Assembly (NCBI GenBank): GCA_038143065.1 | Contig: JAYQLI010000013.1 | Span: 1-45,424, forward strand | From: Rhodospirillales bacterium | GTDB lineage: Bacteria; Pseudomonadota; Alphaproteobacteria; Bin95 | DNA length: 45,424 bases | Direction: 5' to 3' | Shown: in pieces, positions 32,763-45,424 of the stretch | Numbering within the stretch: position 1 is the first letter of the stretch | How the letters are laid out: every line of letters starts with the position of its first letter | The notes under the pieces: model-generated | The model's database searches: none | Told to the model about the DNA's origin: nothing | What the model saw: only the letters and a program-made list of their open reading frames with translations | Translations under genes and position numbers: made by a program

Positions 32763-33771
32763 TTATTGGGCCGCGACAACTTTTTCGTAGATACCGTTGC
32801 TGAACAGACCGCTGTCTACAAATCCAGTTACGGCTTCAGACACCTTTGCTGCAAAAGCTGCACGTTGTTCATCGGATGGAGTCGCGAAAGTGACCCCATA
32901 CTCGGTTTCCATCACGCCCTGATGCTCGCCGTCCAGCTTTGCGATTTCTGCAATGAAGAATTGCTCGGCAGAGTTCGTGGCCTCCACAAACAGCGCCTTG
33001 TCCTCATCGCTCAGAGCATCGTATTTCGCACCGTTCATAATCATTGTATTAGACGAATAAAGGTGGTTCGTCAGCAGCACGTTTTTTGCGACTTCGGGGA
33101 ACTTACTTGGAATAAGCGTCGTGAACGGCCCTTCGCCGCCATTGACCACACCCTGACGCAGTGCTAGGTAAAGTTCGCCCCACGGTACCGGCGTCGGGTT
33201 CACCCCAATCGCCTTCCACGAGTTGAAATAGACATCAATCTCAGGGACGCGAAACTTCACATCCGCGAGGTCATCCGGGCTTTGAACCGCCGCGGTGCTG
33301 AAAACCACACGTGGCGAGCGGATGAACGTATCTGACAGCGTTGCGATACCGTGCTGGTCCTTTAACTCGGCACGCCAGCCTTCTGCAAAGCCGCTCCCGA
33401 GAACCTTACGAAAGCCCTCGCGCCCATTGATCGCAAAAGGCACCGCCAGAACGCCATAGTCCCTTACAAATTGCGCATTCCATCCGATGTCATCAAGAAA
33501 CAGATCTTGCGCACCGTTCTGAATGTTCTGATATTGCTCAAGTGCTGGACCAAGCTGTGCGGCGCTGACAACATTCACGACGTAGCGCCCCCTCGGTCAG
33601 CCGGTCCAGTTCCGCACCGAAATGCTCAGCAGCCCGGGTCAAGGGCGACGTCGGGCCCTGAATTGTGCCTAGAACCAGCTTTTCCTTCGCCAGAGCCGGT
33701 CCGGCGGCAAGGACGGCCGCGCCAATCAGCGCCGCGGCCTTGAACAGGTTTCTGCGTATCGTTTTTGTCAT
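32763..33771 (-). CDS. TRAP substrate-binding protein DctP (frameshift near 33580)
   Basis: Tat-like leader RRNLFK; KFRVP, PTPVPWGELYLALRQGVVNGGE. Confidence 0.85.
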
Positions 33772-33815
33772 AGTAGTCCTCCCATTGTTAAATTGCGCCC
33801 GTCCTCGGGCGCGGT

Positions 33816-35230
33816 TCATGAGCCGAGCTTGCCTGGGTTCAGGATGCCGGATGGATCCATCGCCTCTTTCAGCCGACCGTAGAGATCCCAGGACGAACCC
33901 AGGGCCTCACGTACATAATCGTTTCGTGCAAGTCCGGTGCCGTGGTGGTGTGAAAGCACTGCACCAGAGTCGAGTACCGCGCGGTTCGCGGTCTCCCAGA
34001 TCTGCTTCAGCCGTGCCTCGGCACCGGCCGGGTCATCTGCCTTGCCAAGCAAGATGACATAAAGTGATACACCATCGCTGTAAGCATGCGAAAAATGGCC
34101 TAACACTTCGTCAGCGAAGGGTTTCATCGCCGCGGTCAACGCGTCATAGGTGCCGCCAATTCCAGACCAGGTGTTTGCCACCTCGATTGTCTCTGCCACT
34201 CCACCACGGCTGTTCACAACATTCTCGATGGTCGAGAAATCAAAGCGACGCCTCATCCATCCTCGGCACCGGCCGGGCCGATATCCTGACCCCCATTGCG
34301 GGCGCAGACATTCAACAACTCGGCAATCTCGCTGGCGGCCATGTTGGCAGAGCCTTCCGCGCCAAGGAACATTACAGGTGATCCGAAGGCCGGGTCTTTC
34401 ATCGCGTGACGCGCTTCGGCCAGATCGTAAAACCGCAACAGGAATGGGAGGAGACCAGACTGCATGATGTCGCGCATCGCTGCAACACCCGTCGCGATGT
34501 CCGGGAAGGCGACAGTGCGCAGCTCACGCGCCTCAGTCAGCGGAAAAAGCCGCAATGTCACCTCGGTGATGACACCCAGGCAGCCTTCGGACCCGATCAG
34601 CACATGCCGCAGGTCTGGCCCAACCGCCATCCGTGGCGTGCCACCGATCTCGACCTTTGTTCCGTCCGCAAGCACCGCCTTGAAGCCAACGCATAGATCC
34701 TCAATCCCGCCATAACGTGATGAAAACTGCCCTGTCGCCCGGGTGGCCAGCCATCCACCGACCGTCGAGCGGTAAAGCGACTGTGGCGAGTGATTCATTG
34801 TCAAGCCCTGGGCCTGAAGCTGATCCTCAAGCACGCCGCCATTCATCCCGGCCTCTACGGTGACATGCATGTTTGCCGTATCAACCAAAAGGACGCGATC
34901 CATGCGTGTGGTGTCTAGTGCGATGCCACCACGCACCGCAAGTGGGCCACCAACCACAGAAGAACCCAGACCCCAGGTTGTCACCGGAACACCTCCTTTC
35001 TGCGCCCACATCAGAATCGCCGCGACCTCATCGTCGGTGATTGGCGTCGCCACAGCATTGGGGCGGTAAGGCGCCTTTTCCTGCTGACGCCAGGCGGCAT
35101 TCATCGGCCACCAGTCGTAGCTGTGGGCGTCAATTGCATCTTTACTGTCGCTAATGGCATCGGGACGGCCGACGGCTTGACGCAAGGCGTCGAGATCAAA
35201 ATTTGCTTGTTGAAGTTCTGCGGTGGCCAT
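33816..35230 (-). CDS. FAD-linked oxidoreductase, alkyl-DHAP synthase/GlcD-like (frameshift near 34255)
   Basis: GLGSSVVGG, NHSPQS...STVGGWLATRATGQFSSRYG, GSEGCLGVIT, HFSHAY, SHHHGTG, DPSGILNPGKL. Confidence 0.85.
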
Positions 35231-35303
35231 CCATGCTCTCCTATTTTCCTTGAGCTTAGAAGACGGCAAATAGATCGGTAAAATAGTTTATATTGCAAAA
35301 ATA

Positions 35304-35320
35304 AATAGATTTGATCTATT
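35304..35320. promoter_or_regulatory. LysR binding site (T-N11-A dyad)
   Basis: AATAGAT-TTG-ATCTATT in the divergent intergenic region. Confidence 0.65.
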
Positions 35321-35327
35321 AAAGGTC

Positions 35328-36185
35328 ATGTTTATGACCGAACTACGTGCATTTCACGCGGTCGCCACGGGTGGCGGGTTTATCCGTGCGGGCGAGCTTC
35401 TTGCGCGGTCACAGTCAACCGTGACCGCGCAGGTCCGCTCTCTTGAGCAACGCTATGGAGTGGAACTTTTCTTTCGCGGGCGTGGGCGCACGGCCCGTTT
35501 GACACCACTAGGTGAAAAACTGCATGAAAACACTCAGCAATTATTCAGCCTCGAAAAAGATGCCGAGGCGCTGGTTGCCGAAGCTGGACGCAACAAAGGT
35601 GGCACATTGCGCGTTGGCGCGATTTCACCCCGCTGGGCGTCAGAAATTATGTTACACATGATGCGGCGCTATCCCACGCTGGAAGTAAACCTCACGTTGG
35701 ATAATTCGCAAACGCTCTTGGACATGGTGCTCTGCTATCAGATCGACCTGGCCTATATCGGCGCGCATCTACCAAATCCAGATTGCGATATGCGGCTTGT
35801 ATCGCAGCCTGAGATTGTATTCGCCGTGTCCAATGAACATCCGCTGACTGACAAGGGGGTCGTTTCTCGCGACGCGTTCAGTCAACAGACACTCATCCAG
35901 CGTGAACAAGGTTCGGAAACCCGCTCCCTGATGGACGCCGCATTGGTCGAACACGGGTATGTACCGGGCCGCACTGCTGTTTTTGGCAGCCGCGAAGGCG
36001 CGTTGCAGGCAGCGCAGAAAGGTCTGGGGCTTGCGCCAATTTCAATAGGTGAAATTCCCGAGGACACACAGGTTGGGATCGTCCGTGCGGCAGATTTCTC
36101 AACCCACGGCGAGATCCATGCGATATGTCTTAGGTCCCGCCGTAACCTGCAGATCATCACAGAGGCTTTCGAAGTTGGTTTGTAG
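35328..36185 (+). CDS. LysR-family transcriptional regulator
   Basis: LRAFHAVA..F..AG..L..SQSTVT.QVRSLE..YGVELF; REQGSETR. Confidence 0.9.
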   Translation: MFMTELRAFHAVATGGGFIRAGELLARSQSTVTAQVRSLEQRYGVELFFRGRGRTARLTPLGEKLHENTQQLFSLEKDAEALVAEAGRNKGGTLRVGAISPRWASEIMLHMMRRYPTLEVNLTLDNSQTLLDMVLCYQIDLAYIGAHLPNPDCDMRLVSQPEIVFAVSNEHPLTDKGVVSRDAFSQQTLIQREQGSETRSLMDAALVEHGYVPGRTAVFGSREGALQAAQKGLGLAPISIGEIPEDTQVGIVRAADFSTHGEIHAICLRSRRNLQIITEAFEVGL

Positions 36186-36354
36186 GCAGCTGTGCTACTG
36201 AGTTGAGGTCGGGCGCACTATGGGATGAAGAAAGTCGAGTTTGTGGGCGCCGAAGAACAAATCCTGGCTCCCTCCTAGCGAAATATTAAGCGATAAAACC
36301 GCCCGTCAAGAATGCCCACTCCGAAAACGAGCGGCAATAGCAGCTGATACTAAA

Positions 36355-37386
36355 TCAGGTGCCTGTAAATCCGGATACTACGTTGGCGACATTGATGCCA
36401 AGAGCTTCCATTGCGTAGCCGCCTTCCATAACAAAATGGGTAGGCAGACTCGCTTTTGCAATCGCCTGTCCGATGGTTATGTAATCCGGACTTTGCAGTT
36501 CGAAACCTCCAACCGGATCGCCGATGAAACTGTCGACGCCCAAGGAAACCACCAGCATATCTGGCGCATAATTGTGTATCCGTTCCAGCGCAGTTTCCAG
36601 TGCAAGGCCCCAAACTTGGAAATCTGCACCGCGCGGCATTGGCAAGTTAAGATTGTACCCTTTGCCTGCACCTTTCCCAACCTCGGCCGCATATCCCATG
36701 AGGAAGGGATACTCTTCTTCTGGGCGGCAATGCAGCGACGCAAAAAACACGTCCGCACGATCATAGAAGACAGCCTGTGTTCCATTACCGTGGTGATAAT
36801 CGATATCTAGAATTGCTACCCTCTTCGCACCCTTGTTCAGATATGCCTGAGCGGCGATAGCTGCATTGTTGAGATAGCAGTATCCGCCCGCCATATCCCG
36901 CGAGGCGTGGTGACCTGGCGGGCGGCAGAGCGAAAACACGGCCCGCTCGCCTTGATGCATTAGGTCAACTCCCGTCAGTGCTGCATCCTTAGCCGAACGT
37001 ATTGCTTTCCATGTGCCTTTGATGAACGGAACGCAAATGTCAAAAGTATAACAGCTGAGCATCGAATGCACCGACTGGTTTGGCACCTGAGCCATCCCGC
37101 GCATTCCAAAGGTATAGGCAGTGGCAAAGCCACCGGAGCCAAATTCGGCTTCCCACAGAGGGTAGCATCGCTCCAGGAAGCTGACAAAGGCGGGATCGTG
37201 TACCTGATGTGTAACCTCCAGGTCATGCGGTGCGGGTGCCACAATGTCTGTAAAGCCAGCCTCAGCTAACGCTGCCAATATCATGTCCATCCGCTCAGGG
37301 CTTTCGCACATCGGTATCATTTGATCGTAGCGCATTTCTTTGGCGCCTGCGTGTTCGCGGTGTTCGTCTGAATAGATCAGTTTCAT
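36355..37386 (-). CDS. Histone deacetylase family, acetylpolyamine amidohydrolase-like
   Basis: ESPER, CRPPGHHA, GYCYLNN, DIDYHHGNG, SLGVD, MEGGY. Confidence 0.88.
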   Translation of the reverse strand: MKLIYSDEHREHAGAKEMRYDQMIPMCESPERMDMILAALAEAGFTDIVAPAPHDLEVTHQVHDPAFVSFLERCYPLWEAEFGSGGFATAYTFGMRGMAQVPNQSVHSMLSCYTFDICVPFIKGTWKAIRSAKDAALTGVDLMHQGERAVFSLCRPPGHHASRDMAGGYCYLNNAAIAAQAYLNKGAKRVAILDIDYHHGNGTQAVFYDRADVFFASLHCRPEEEYPFLMGYAAEVGKGAGKGYNLNLPMPRGADFQVWGLALETALERIHNYAPDMLVVSLGVDSFIGDPVGGFELQSPDYITIGQAIAKASLPTHFVMEGGYAMEALGINVANVVSGFTGT

Positions 37387-37446
37387 AGTTTACCTGCGCT
37401 TTAGGTGTTTTAGGTTCAGTTTCATCAATTTCTCACAAAAAAGCAG

Positions 37447-39591
<2,145 letters not shown>

Positions 39592-39819
39592 TAGGCTTTC
39601 CTTTTATTCAATACGCAGAACCGAACGCGATCGTGGGCAACTATAGAGGATGTAACCAGAAAACCGAAATTAATAAGTTTACCTTATGGCAACACCGAGT
39701 GTGCCAAACTGGACGGTGGCATGTCCTGCCTGTCACTGCGCTTTTGAGTTCCCCGATGACTGTTTTCGACGCCTTGTGATCGTTTGAACATGGCGCAGAA
39801 TATTGCAGAATGGCTCATA

Positions 39820-40312
39820 GTGGCCATTCGCCTCAAGCGATCATCTAACGACTGATGTGCAGTAATTTGCCGAATTTTTAATTTGTGCTGCGAACGGCTG
39901 CTTAGGTTTCAGACAATGTAAAAATCTGTCTTTTAAAAATGAATTCAATATTTTGTTTGCGATTCGGCCTACGTTACTTGTGGGACAAACTTATAATATT
40001 CTAGACTGCTAAAATGGTCGGATCTGTCGTCATTGAAGTTCTTTTTATTCTAACTCTTTGTTTACGCGATTCGGCCTACGTTACTTGTGGGACTAAGCGT
40101 GGGACCTGATTTCAAGTTAGAAATAATAAATTAATGGGAATCTCATGATTGCGTCAAATATGATGATTTCAAGTTAGAAATACTATGGTTTTAATTAATG
40201 ATATCAATTAACTCCAATCTCATCAGCGATAATGGAATACCGGTGTAGTGATCATGTGCCCAGGAGAGGACGTCGAACTTTATATACTTCTATTTAATTA
40301 CAATTACTTATT
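39820..40312. repeat. Copy 2 of the direct repeat / att-like site, core at 40256-40271
   Basis: Same blocks as 3755-4130 in the same order; GTGCCCAGGAGAGGAC core; GGGAC pair at 40089/40101; contains internal duplications. Confidence 0.85.
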
Positions 40313-40682
40313 TATGGAAAATGTTAGAAAACCTGGGGCTGTCACACCACTTGCCATGATTAATGGTGTTGAAAAGTGAGTTCAGCTGTTTTTTGATAGT
40401 GGATCGTTGCAATCAGATAGCGCCCGTTAATGATCGATTGGGCATCACGTTGGAACAAAGCCAAATCAGGATAGACCCTTTTTGGGCAGGATCAGCCAAT
40501 GCCTGAGCAATAAAATAATCAAACCGGACCTTCGCGCGGACCTGCGGACTTTCCCGACATTGGATTTCCCACCTTCGTTCACGCGGCATTGTATCGCATC
40601 TGCTGCAATCACTTCGCTGCAACGCAGCCCAAATCGCGGAAGCTTCATAACCGGGCGGAGGTCGACCTTTTCTCTTTCAAAC

Positions 40683-40886
40683 TGTCATAGGCCCTTAGAA
40701 CTGCAACAGTATTTTTTGACATAGGAGAATTTTAGGATGGCTCGGAAGCGATATTCTAATGAAGATGTGTTGAAGCTATTACGCGAGATTAATGTTCATT
40801 TGCACGACGACTCGGACGTTATGAGCGCGTATCGCAAAGCTGGGATTTCAGCTTGGGTTTTGAAAGTTTACGGTAAAATAGGTTAA
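40683..40886 (+). mobile_element. IS3-family remnant: left end plus truncated orfA
   Basis: Begins TG-TCATAGGCCC; RBS then ATG 40737 MARKRYSNEDVLKLLREI..RKAGIS, similarity ends before the HTH is complete. Confidence 0.7.
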
Positions 40887-40937
40887 CTTGAAGAAAAACA
40901 ACACCAGTAAAGCAAGTTTTCGGATCGTTTTATAAAC

Positions 40938-41342
40938 TTGTTACAAAATATTGATACTTCGACCTACAGCACAAATTTGAGGTTAGAGATGCTGAGTCGA
41001 GAAAAAGATTTACACTTTAAAATTTCAACGCGTGAGGTTACGCGAAACGGATTTGTTATCCATGGAACTTCAGAAATTTATCATGGCGGAAAAATCTATC
41101 TTTCTCTGGAAATGACGGAACAGAATGCAGGCTCTGGAGGTTTAGTTTGTGGGTGTGCCCGCAGTGTTATGCTCGATGTTAAGCCTTTTCACTCTTCGAT
41201 TACTGGTAAATGGCAGCAAAAAAAGGAATGTCTTGAAATTAAGTTTTTGAGCTCGATGGCTGGCCAACAAATAAACTTATGTACAGCACGAATCGATGAA
41301 AACCATGATGATTTTATTCTGGAGAACTACGACTTTGTTTAA
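40938..41342 (+). CDS. Hypothetical protein
   Basis: 134-codon ORF in AT-rich DNA; no motif recognised. Confidence 0.45.
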   Translation: MLQNIDTSTYSTNLRLEMLSREKDLHFKISTREVTRNGFVIHGTSEIYHGGKIYLSLEMTEQNAGSGGLVCGCARSVMLDVKPFHSSITGKWQQKKECLEIKFLSSMAGQQINLCTARIDENHDDFILENYDFV

Positions 41343-41385
41343 TTGACCTAGTTATTTTTTCAGTTCGACGCAAAGAAGAAATTTG

Positions 41386-41760
41386 ATGAATCCTAAAGAA
41401 ATAATGCAAAAATATTTCATTTGTTTTGAAAGAGGCGATTGGGAAGATTTTCGCAACCTCCATTCTCACAATGTCATCGTCCATCTAAATGGAATCCACA
41501 AGTTATCTGGGCGTTACTCTGGATTTATTGATTTCAGGGATAATTTAGTATCTAAAATTCCTAAAATATTTCCCAAAAATTTTTCTGTCACACCTTTAAA
41601 AATGATAAGTGAAAATAATGAAATTTTTATCCATGCTATCGTGTTAGCAGATAGAACTCGAAGCATACTTTGCTTACAGAGCTACTATAGAAAATGGTAA
41701 AATAACGAAGCTTTGGATATATTCGGATAGCCAAAAATTAGCTAATTCATTCCAAACATA
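41386..41760 (+). CDS. SnoaL/NTF2-like protein (frameshift near 41650)
   Basis: YF..FERGDW..F, GIHKLSGRYSG, MISEN; alternative frame IENGKITKLWIYSDSQKL to stop 41760. Confidence 0.7.
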
Positions 41761-42285
41761 GTCTCGCAACAATATTTTGCACCTCAGTTCGTCAAAAAAT
41801 AATGTCCTATTTTTGGCAGCTTATTTATAACTAGGGCACAACTCCATGCGCATGACAAGCAAGGGCATGGATATCCCCTCGTAAGCTACAAAATGTAAAT
41901 AAAATTTAACGACATACGAAGCGTAACGTTCCTATCGAATTATGGAAAAGCTACGAGAAACAAGAAGCAGTCACTTCGGTAATAGTTGATATTGCAGTCA
42001 TACACTGCAAATACCAGTCCGAAAGCTTATTATGAAACCGATGCTAAAATTGACTGTGTTTGAAGCGATATCGAACATCTTTTTCTTTAAATCCCGCGTG
42101 ATAGCCCTGGCGGGAAGTCAAATCATATATGGAAGTATTTTTGAATTTACTATGTGAGGCAAAAGGCTCCTAATCGGCTTTGATCATTGGTTTAAAAGAG
42201 CTTTACAAGCCTTTTTATTTCTAGGTTTTGCAGCTATGAGTGGAGTACATTTTATGCGTACCGCTTGGACAATACGTAATGTTTA

Positions 42286-42558
42286 TTACGCAGCATGTGC
42301 AATGCAGTAAATCAAATCATCAGATGCAGCGCTTTTGAGAGCACGTAAATCACTATTAGTATGCAGATGATATTCAAACTCTTCAAGCGATGGAGCGTAC
42401 ATTACAACCCTCACTTCAGTTGGGTCATTCACTTTGTGGCCTCTATAACGACTTTTGATGCCATACTTCAAACTTCTCATTTCGTCATTGGCATCAAATT
42501 CATCAGCCCAAAGATCATACGGTTTATTAATTTTTCCCTTTAAAACTAAGATTGGCAC
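42286..42558 (-). CDS. Small protein resembling DUF3764
   Basis: KINKPYDLWADEFD...GIKSRYRGHKVNDPTEVRVVMYAP; GGGGA RBS before GTG; family match from memory. Confidence 0.55.
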   Translation of the reverse strand: MPILVLKGKINKPYDLWADEFDANDEMRSLKYGIKSRYRGHKVNDPTEVRVVMYAPSLEEFEYHLHTNSDLRALKSAASDDLIYCIAHAA

Positions 42559-42799
42559 TGTGACATCCCCTAAATTTGGGAGCCTTATAATTCTTAAGTG
42601 TAACAGAATAAAAACTGTCGATAGAGTTCGAAAGCCTGAATTAAATTTCTTTGAATTAAAACTTATAGATTTTATATTTTTTATAAAATTCATATGTTTT
42701 ATACTTAATCTGGGGTTAACGACTGCCCCATCGGCAGGGTATTCGCGATAAAGAAGTAGTTTGTAGTTTAGAAAAAATACTCTGAAACTCCGAGAAATA

Positions 42800-42815
42800 G
42801 TAACAAATCTGTTAC
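42800..42815. promoter_or_regulatory. Palindrome in divergent intergenic region
   Basis: GTAACA-AATC-TGTTAC. Confidence 0.35.
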
Positions 42816-42864
42816 CATTGACTGTTTATAATGAATCTATAGCAAGATTTTTTGGGGGAAAAAT

Positions 42865-43041
42865 ATGCTTGATTATAACTCTATTGGAACTGTTATTGTA
42901 AAAAATAGTGAGAGCGGAGCTCTTGCTGAAGCAATTCTTATTGCAAGAGCTAGAGGGCATCTAAATGTAAATCTAAATGGGATTCCAATCACCTTTAATC
43001 GGAATAAAAAAACCGTTATGTGGCAACTTTTGCAAGTTTAA
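42865..43041 (+). CDS. Small hypothetical protein (58 aa; may extend to 43064 if the A run is miscalled)
   Basis: GGGGG RBS; MLDYNSIGTVIVKNSESGALAEAILIARARGHLNVNLNGIPITF. Confidence 0.5.
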   Translation: MLDYNSIGTVIVKNSESGALAEAILIARARGHLNVNLNGIPITFNRNKKTVMWQLLQV

Positions 43042-43325
43042 CATTTGAATTGGTTAGTGGCTAAGGAGCACCAAAAAGCTTCTCTATTTGAAAGCTATAA
43101 TTCTGCGTAACTTATATTTTCGGTTGCAAAACTTACCGGCGCCATCCGAGTATAGACCGAGGGTGAACTTAGTTCTGATCGTTCAAAAATTGAGCACAGT
43201 GAAATTTACCAGTTTCAAGGTGGTCGGATCATGAGCCAAGTGCCTACTCAAATAAATTCCCAAAATGCTTGAGGAAGCAGGTACAATGAATTCCTATTTT
43301 TGGGGACATAAACTGGAGAAAATCT

Positions 43326-45150
43326 ATGAAAAGCGATTTATCTGAAAGATTACGTAAACTACGCAAAGCCTTTGCGTTCACCGGCTCAGCTGCACTAATT
43401 TTGGGAGCGGGGCTCTCACATGCTGGAGATCTGACAATCCTTCATATCAACGACCACCATTCTCATTTAAAACCAGACAGTCGAATGAGCCTCAAATTTA
43501 GACGGAAAATCTACAAGAGTACGCTCTGGTGGTATGCCAGCGGTTATAGCTAAAATGAAGGAACTCGAAGCATCTAAAGCTAACGTTCTCAAACTTCATG
43601 CTGGTGATGCCGTTTCAGGATCACTTTTTTTACTCTGGCCCAAAGGCGAAGCAGATGCCGCTCTTATGAATGAAGTATGCTTTGATGCATTTGCTCTTGG
43701 AAATCATGAATTTAATGAGGCGGATGCCGGATTAGCAAAGTTCTAGATTTCTTGAACGCTGGCGAATGCAATACACCAGTACTCGCTGCTAATGTTAAAC
43801 CAGAGGTGGGCGTGTCAGCCCTTACTCCAAAAAGTGAAACCGATTATATTCAACCTTACACGGTGATTGATGTAGCAGGAACGAAGGTAGGCATTATTGG
43901 CATCGACATCGTTCGAAAAACCATAATGTCTTCGAGCCCGGATGATACAACTAGGTTTCTAGATGAAGCTGAAACATCCCAAAAAATGGTAAACGAATTA
44001 AAAGAAGCTGGCGTAAATCGCATCATAATAATGGCGCATTATGGATATAAAAATGAGCTTGAACTAGCAGCGAAAATTGATGGTGTTGATGTAATTATCG
44101 GTGGCGACTCACACACTCTCTTGGGTGATTTTGAAGAAATTGGACTCAATTCTGCTGGTCCATATCCCACAGTGGTTGAAGGTGTTGGCGGTAATTTAGT
44201 TTGCGTTGCCACTGCTTGGCAATACAGTCAAATTGTGGGGGAGTTAAATATTTCTTTCAACGATGCTGGTGACGTGGAATCTTGTTCAGGTCTGCCGCAC
44301 GTAATGGTCGCAGATAGCTTCAAGAGAAAAAACGATGAAGGCGACCGGGTTGAAATCGAAGGCGCAGATCGTGATGCAGTATATGCGCAGATCAATGCCG
44401 ACCCAAAGCTTTCCATTGTTGAGGAAGACGATCAAGCTGCTTCTGTTTTAGCCTCCTTTAACGAGAAGGTTGAGGAAATGCAGGATAAAGGTTGGTGTAG
44501 TTACTGAAAACCTCTGCCTAGCTAGAATTCCTGGCGATACGCGGTCAAAATTATGCTCCCCAGAGGATACTGCAAGTAAAGGTTCTGATATCTCGATGCT
44601 TGTGGCACATGCTTTTCGTGAAATGGCAAAAGCGAGCGATATTGCGATCCAGAACGGCGGTGGCGTTCGTACCGATATTGCAAAAGGCGATCTGACAATG
44701 GGTGATGCTTACAAATTGTTACCTTTTGCAAATACATTGGTCGAAATGGATATGACCGGTGCAGAAATCAAAAGTGTGCTGGAAGAAGCGCTTGACTATG
44801 CCTTACAGCCGGACGGTTCCACAGGTGCATATCCATATGCCGCAGGCTTGCGTTGGCATGTTGACGCTGCAAAACCAACAGGCCAGCGTCTCAGTAAAAT
44901 GGAGTTCAAAGGACGAAATGACAGTTCTTGGAGCCCACTGGACAGTACAGCGACTTACAAGCTGGTAACTAACAACTATATCGCTGCAGGCCGTGATGGG
45001 TATCTCACCTTTAAAACTGTTAAAAATGATGGCCGATATTTGGATACGTATTTAGACTATGCGCAGTCATTTGTAGACTACGTTCGTGAGCGTGGAAGTG
45101 TTGGTAAGTTGCCAGAATCTGAGTATTCGACACAAACAATTTCAAAATAG
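43326..45150 (+). CDS. Periplasmic 5'-nucleotidase / NAD nucleotidase (UshA/NadN family; several frameshifts)
   Basis: HINDHHSH, HAGDA, LGNHEF, AHYG, GGDSH, QNGGGVR, LPFANTL, TGAYPY, GRDGY over four ORFs. Confidence 0.9.
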
Positions 45151-45165
45151 ATAATGAAAGTGCTT

Positions 45166-45196
45166 GGAGGCGCGTGATAAGCGCCTCCTCAATTTC
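45166..45196 (+). terminator. Terminator-like hairpin after the nucleotidase
   Basis: GGAGGCGC-GTGATAA-GCGCCTCC, weak T tract. Confidence 0.5.
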
Positions 45197-45273
45197 GGTT
45201 CGTCTATTAAAGAAAAATCTGCTAACCAAAAGGCAGCGGTCACCGCCATCAGGACAGTCATATCAACCACCCC

Positions 45274-45420
45274 ATGAACTTCCTAGTCAATGAGATTGTC
45301 TCCTACATCTCGCAGTTCATGAGCCTTCAGCCTGGCGACATCATCTCGACCCGCAGGTCTCCGGGCGTCGGGTTGGGGCAGAAACCGAAACCGATCTAGC
45401 TGAATGCCGGGCAACTATAA
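45274..45420 (+). pseudogene. Fumarylacetoacetate hydrolase-family C-terminal remnant
   Basis: IVSYISQFMSLQPGDIIST..PGVGLGQKPKPI* with TGTP motif degraded and an in-frame stop; N-terminus absent. Confidence 0.7.
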
Positions 45421-45424
45421 TTAA

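Noticed and set aside
36241-36810. 189-aa plus-strand ORF and similar long antisense ORFs (5826..6380, 8403..9017, 30902..31660, 32601..33167)
   Set aside because: They overlap well-supported genes on the opposite strand and show no motifs.
40335-40690. Possible second transposase remnant on the minus strand (RRWEIQ, Cys pair) starting at GGGGCTGTCACACC
   Set aside because: Suggestive of an IS end but no convincing DDE motif or paired inverted repeat can be recognised by eye.

Overview
A mosaic accessory region (genomic island) of an alphaproteobacterium, most likely a marine Rhodobacteraceae (inferred from gene families and intergenic repeats). Many genes are split by single-base indels, probably long-read consensus errors. 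From left to right: a Pho-box-preceded pstS followed by the arsenate-detoxifying gapdh-arsJ pair; an att-like site containing the 3' end of a tRNA-Leu (repeated about 36 kb later); a divergent proline-iminopeptidase-like hydrolase; scoAB; a GntR-TRAP-SDR-BKACE-3-hydroxyacid dehydrogenase-UxaA catabolic cluster; a small DUF6538 tyrosine-integrase element with repeat-rich DNA; a LacI-ABC-phosphodiesterase operon; a 13-unit heptamer array between two hairpins; a mipA-like gene bracketed by a duplicated integrase 3' end; a LysR-FAD oxidoreductase-TRAP-DUF1537 kinase-PdxA2-dehydrogenase-SDR cluster; cupin-betA-like-acetylpolyamine amidohydrolase; the second att-like site; IS remnants; AT-rich small genes; and a 5'-nucleotidase. 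No complete tRNA, rRNA or CRISPR array is seen. The most promising leads are the att architecture, the heptamer array, the integrase-end duplication, and two apparently uncharacterised organic/sugar-acid pathways.
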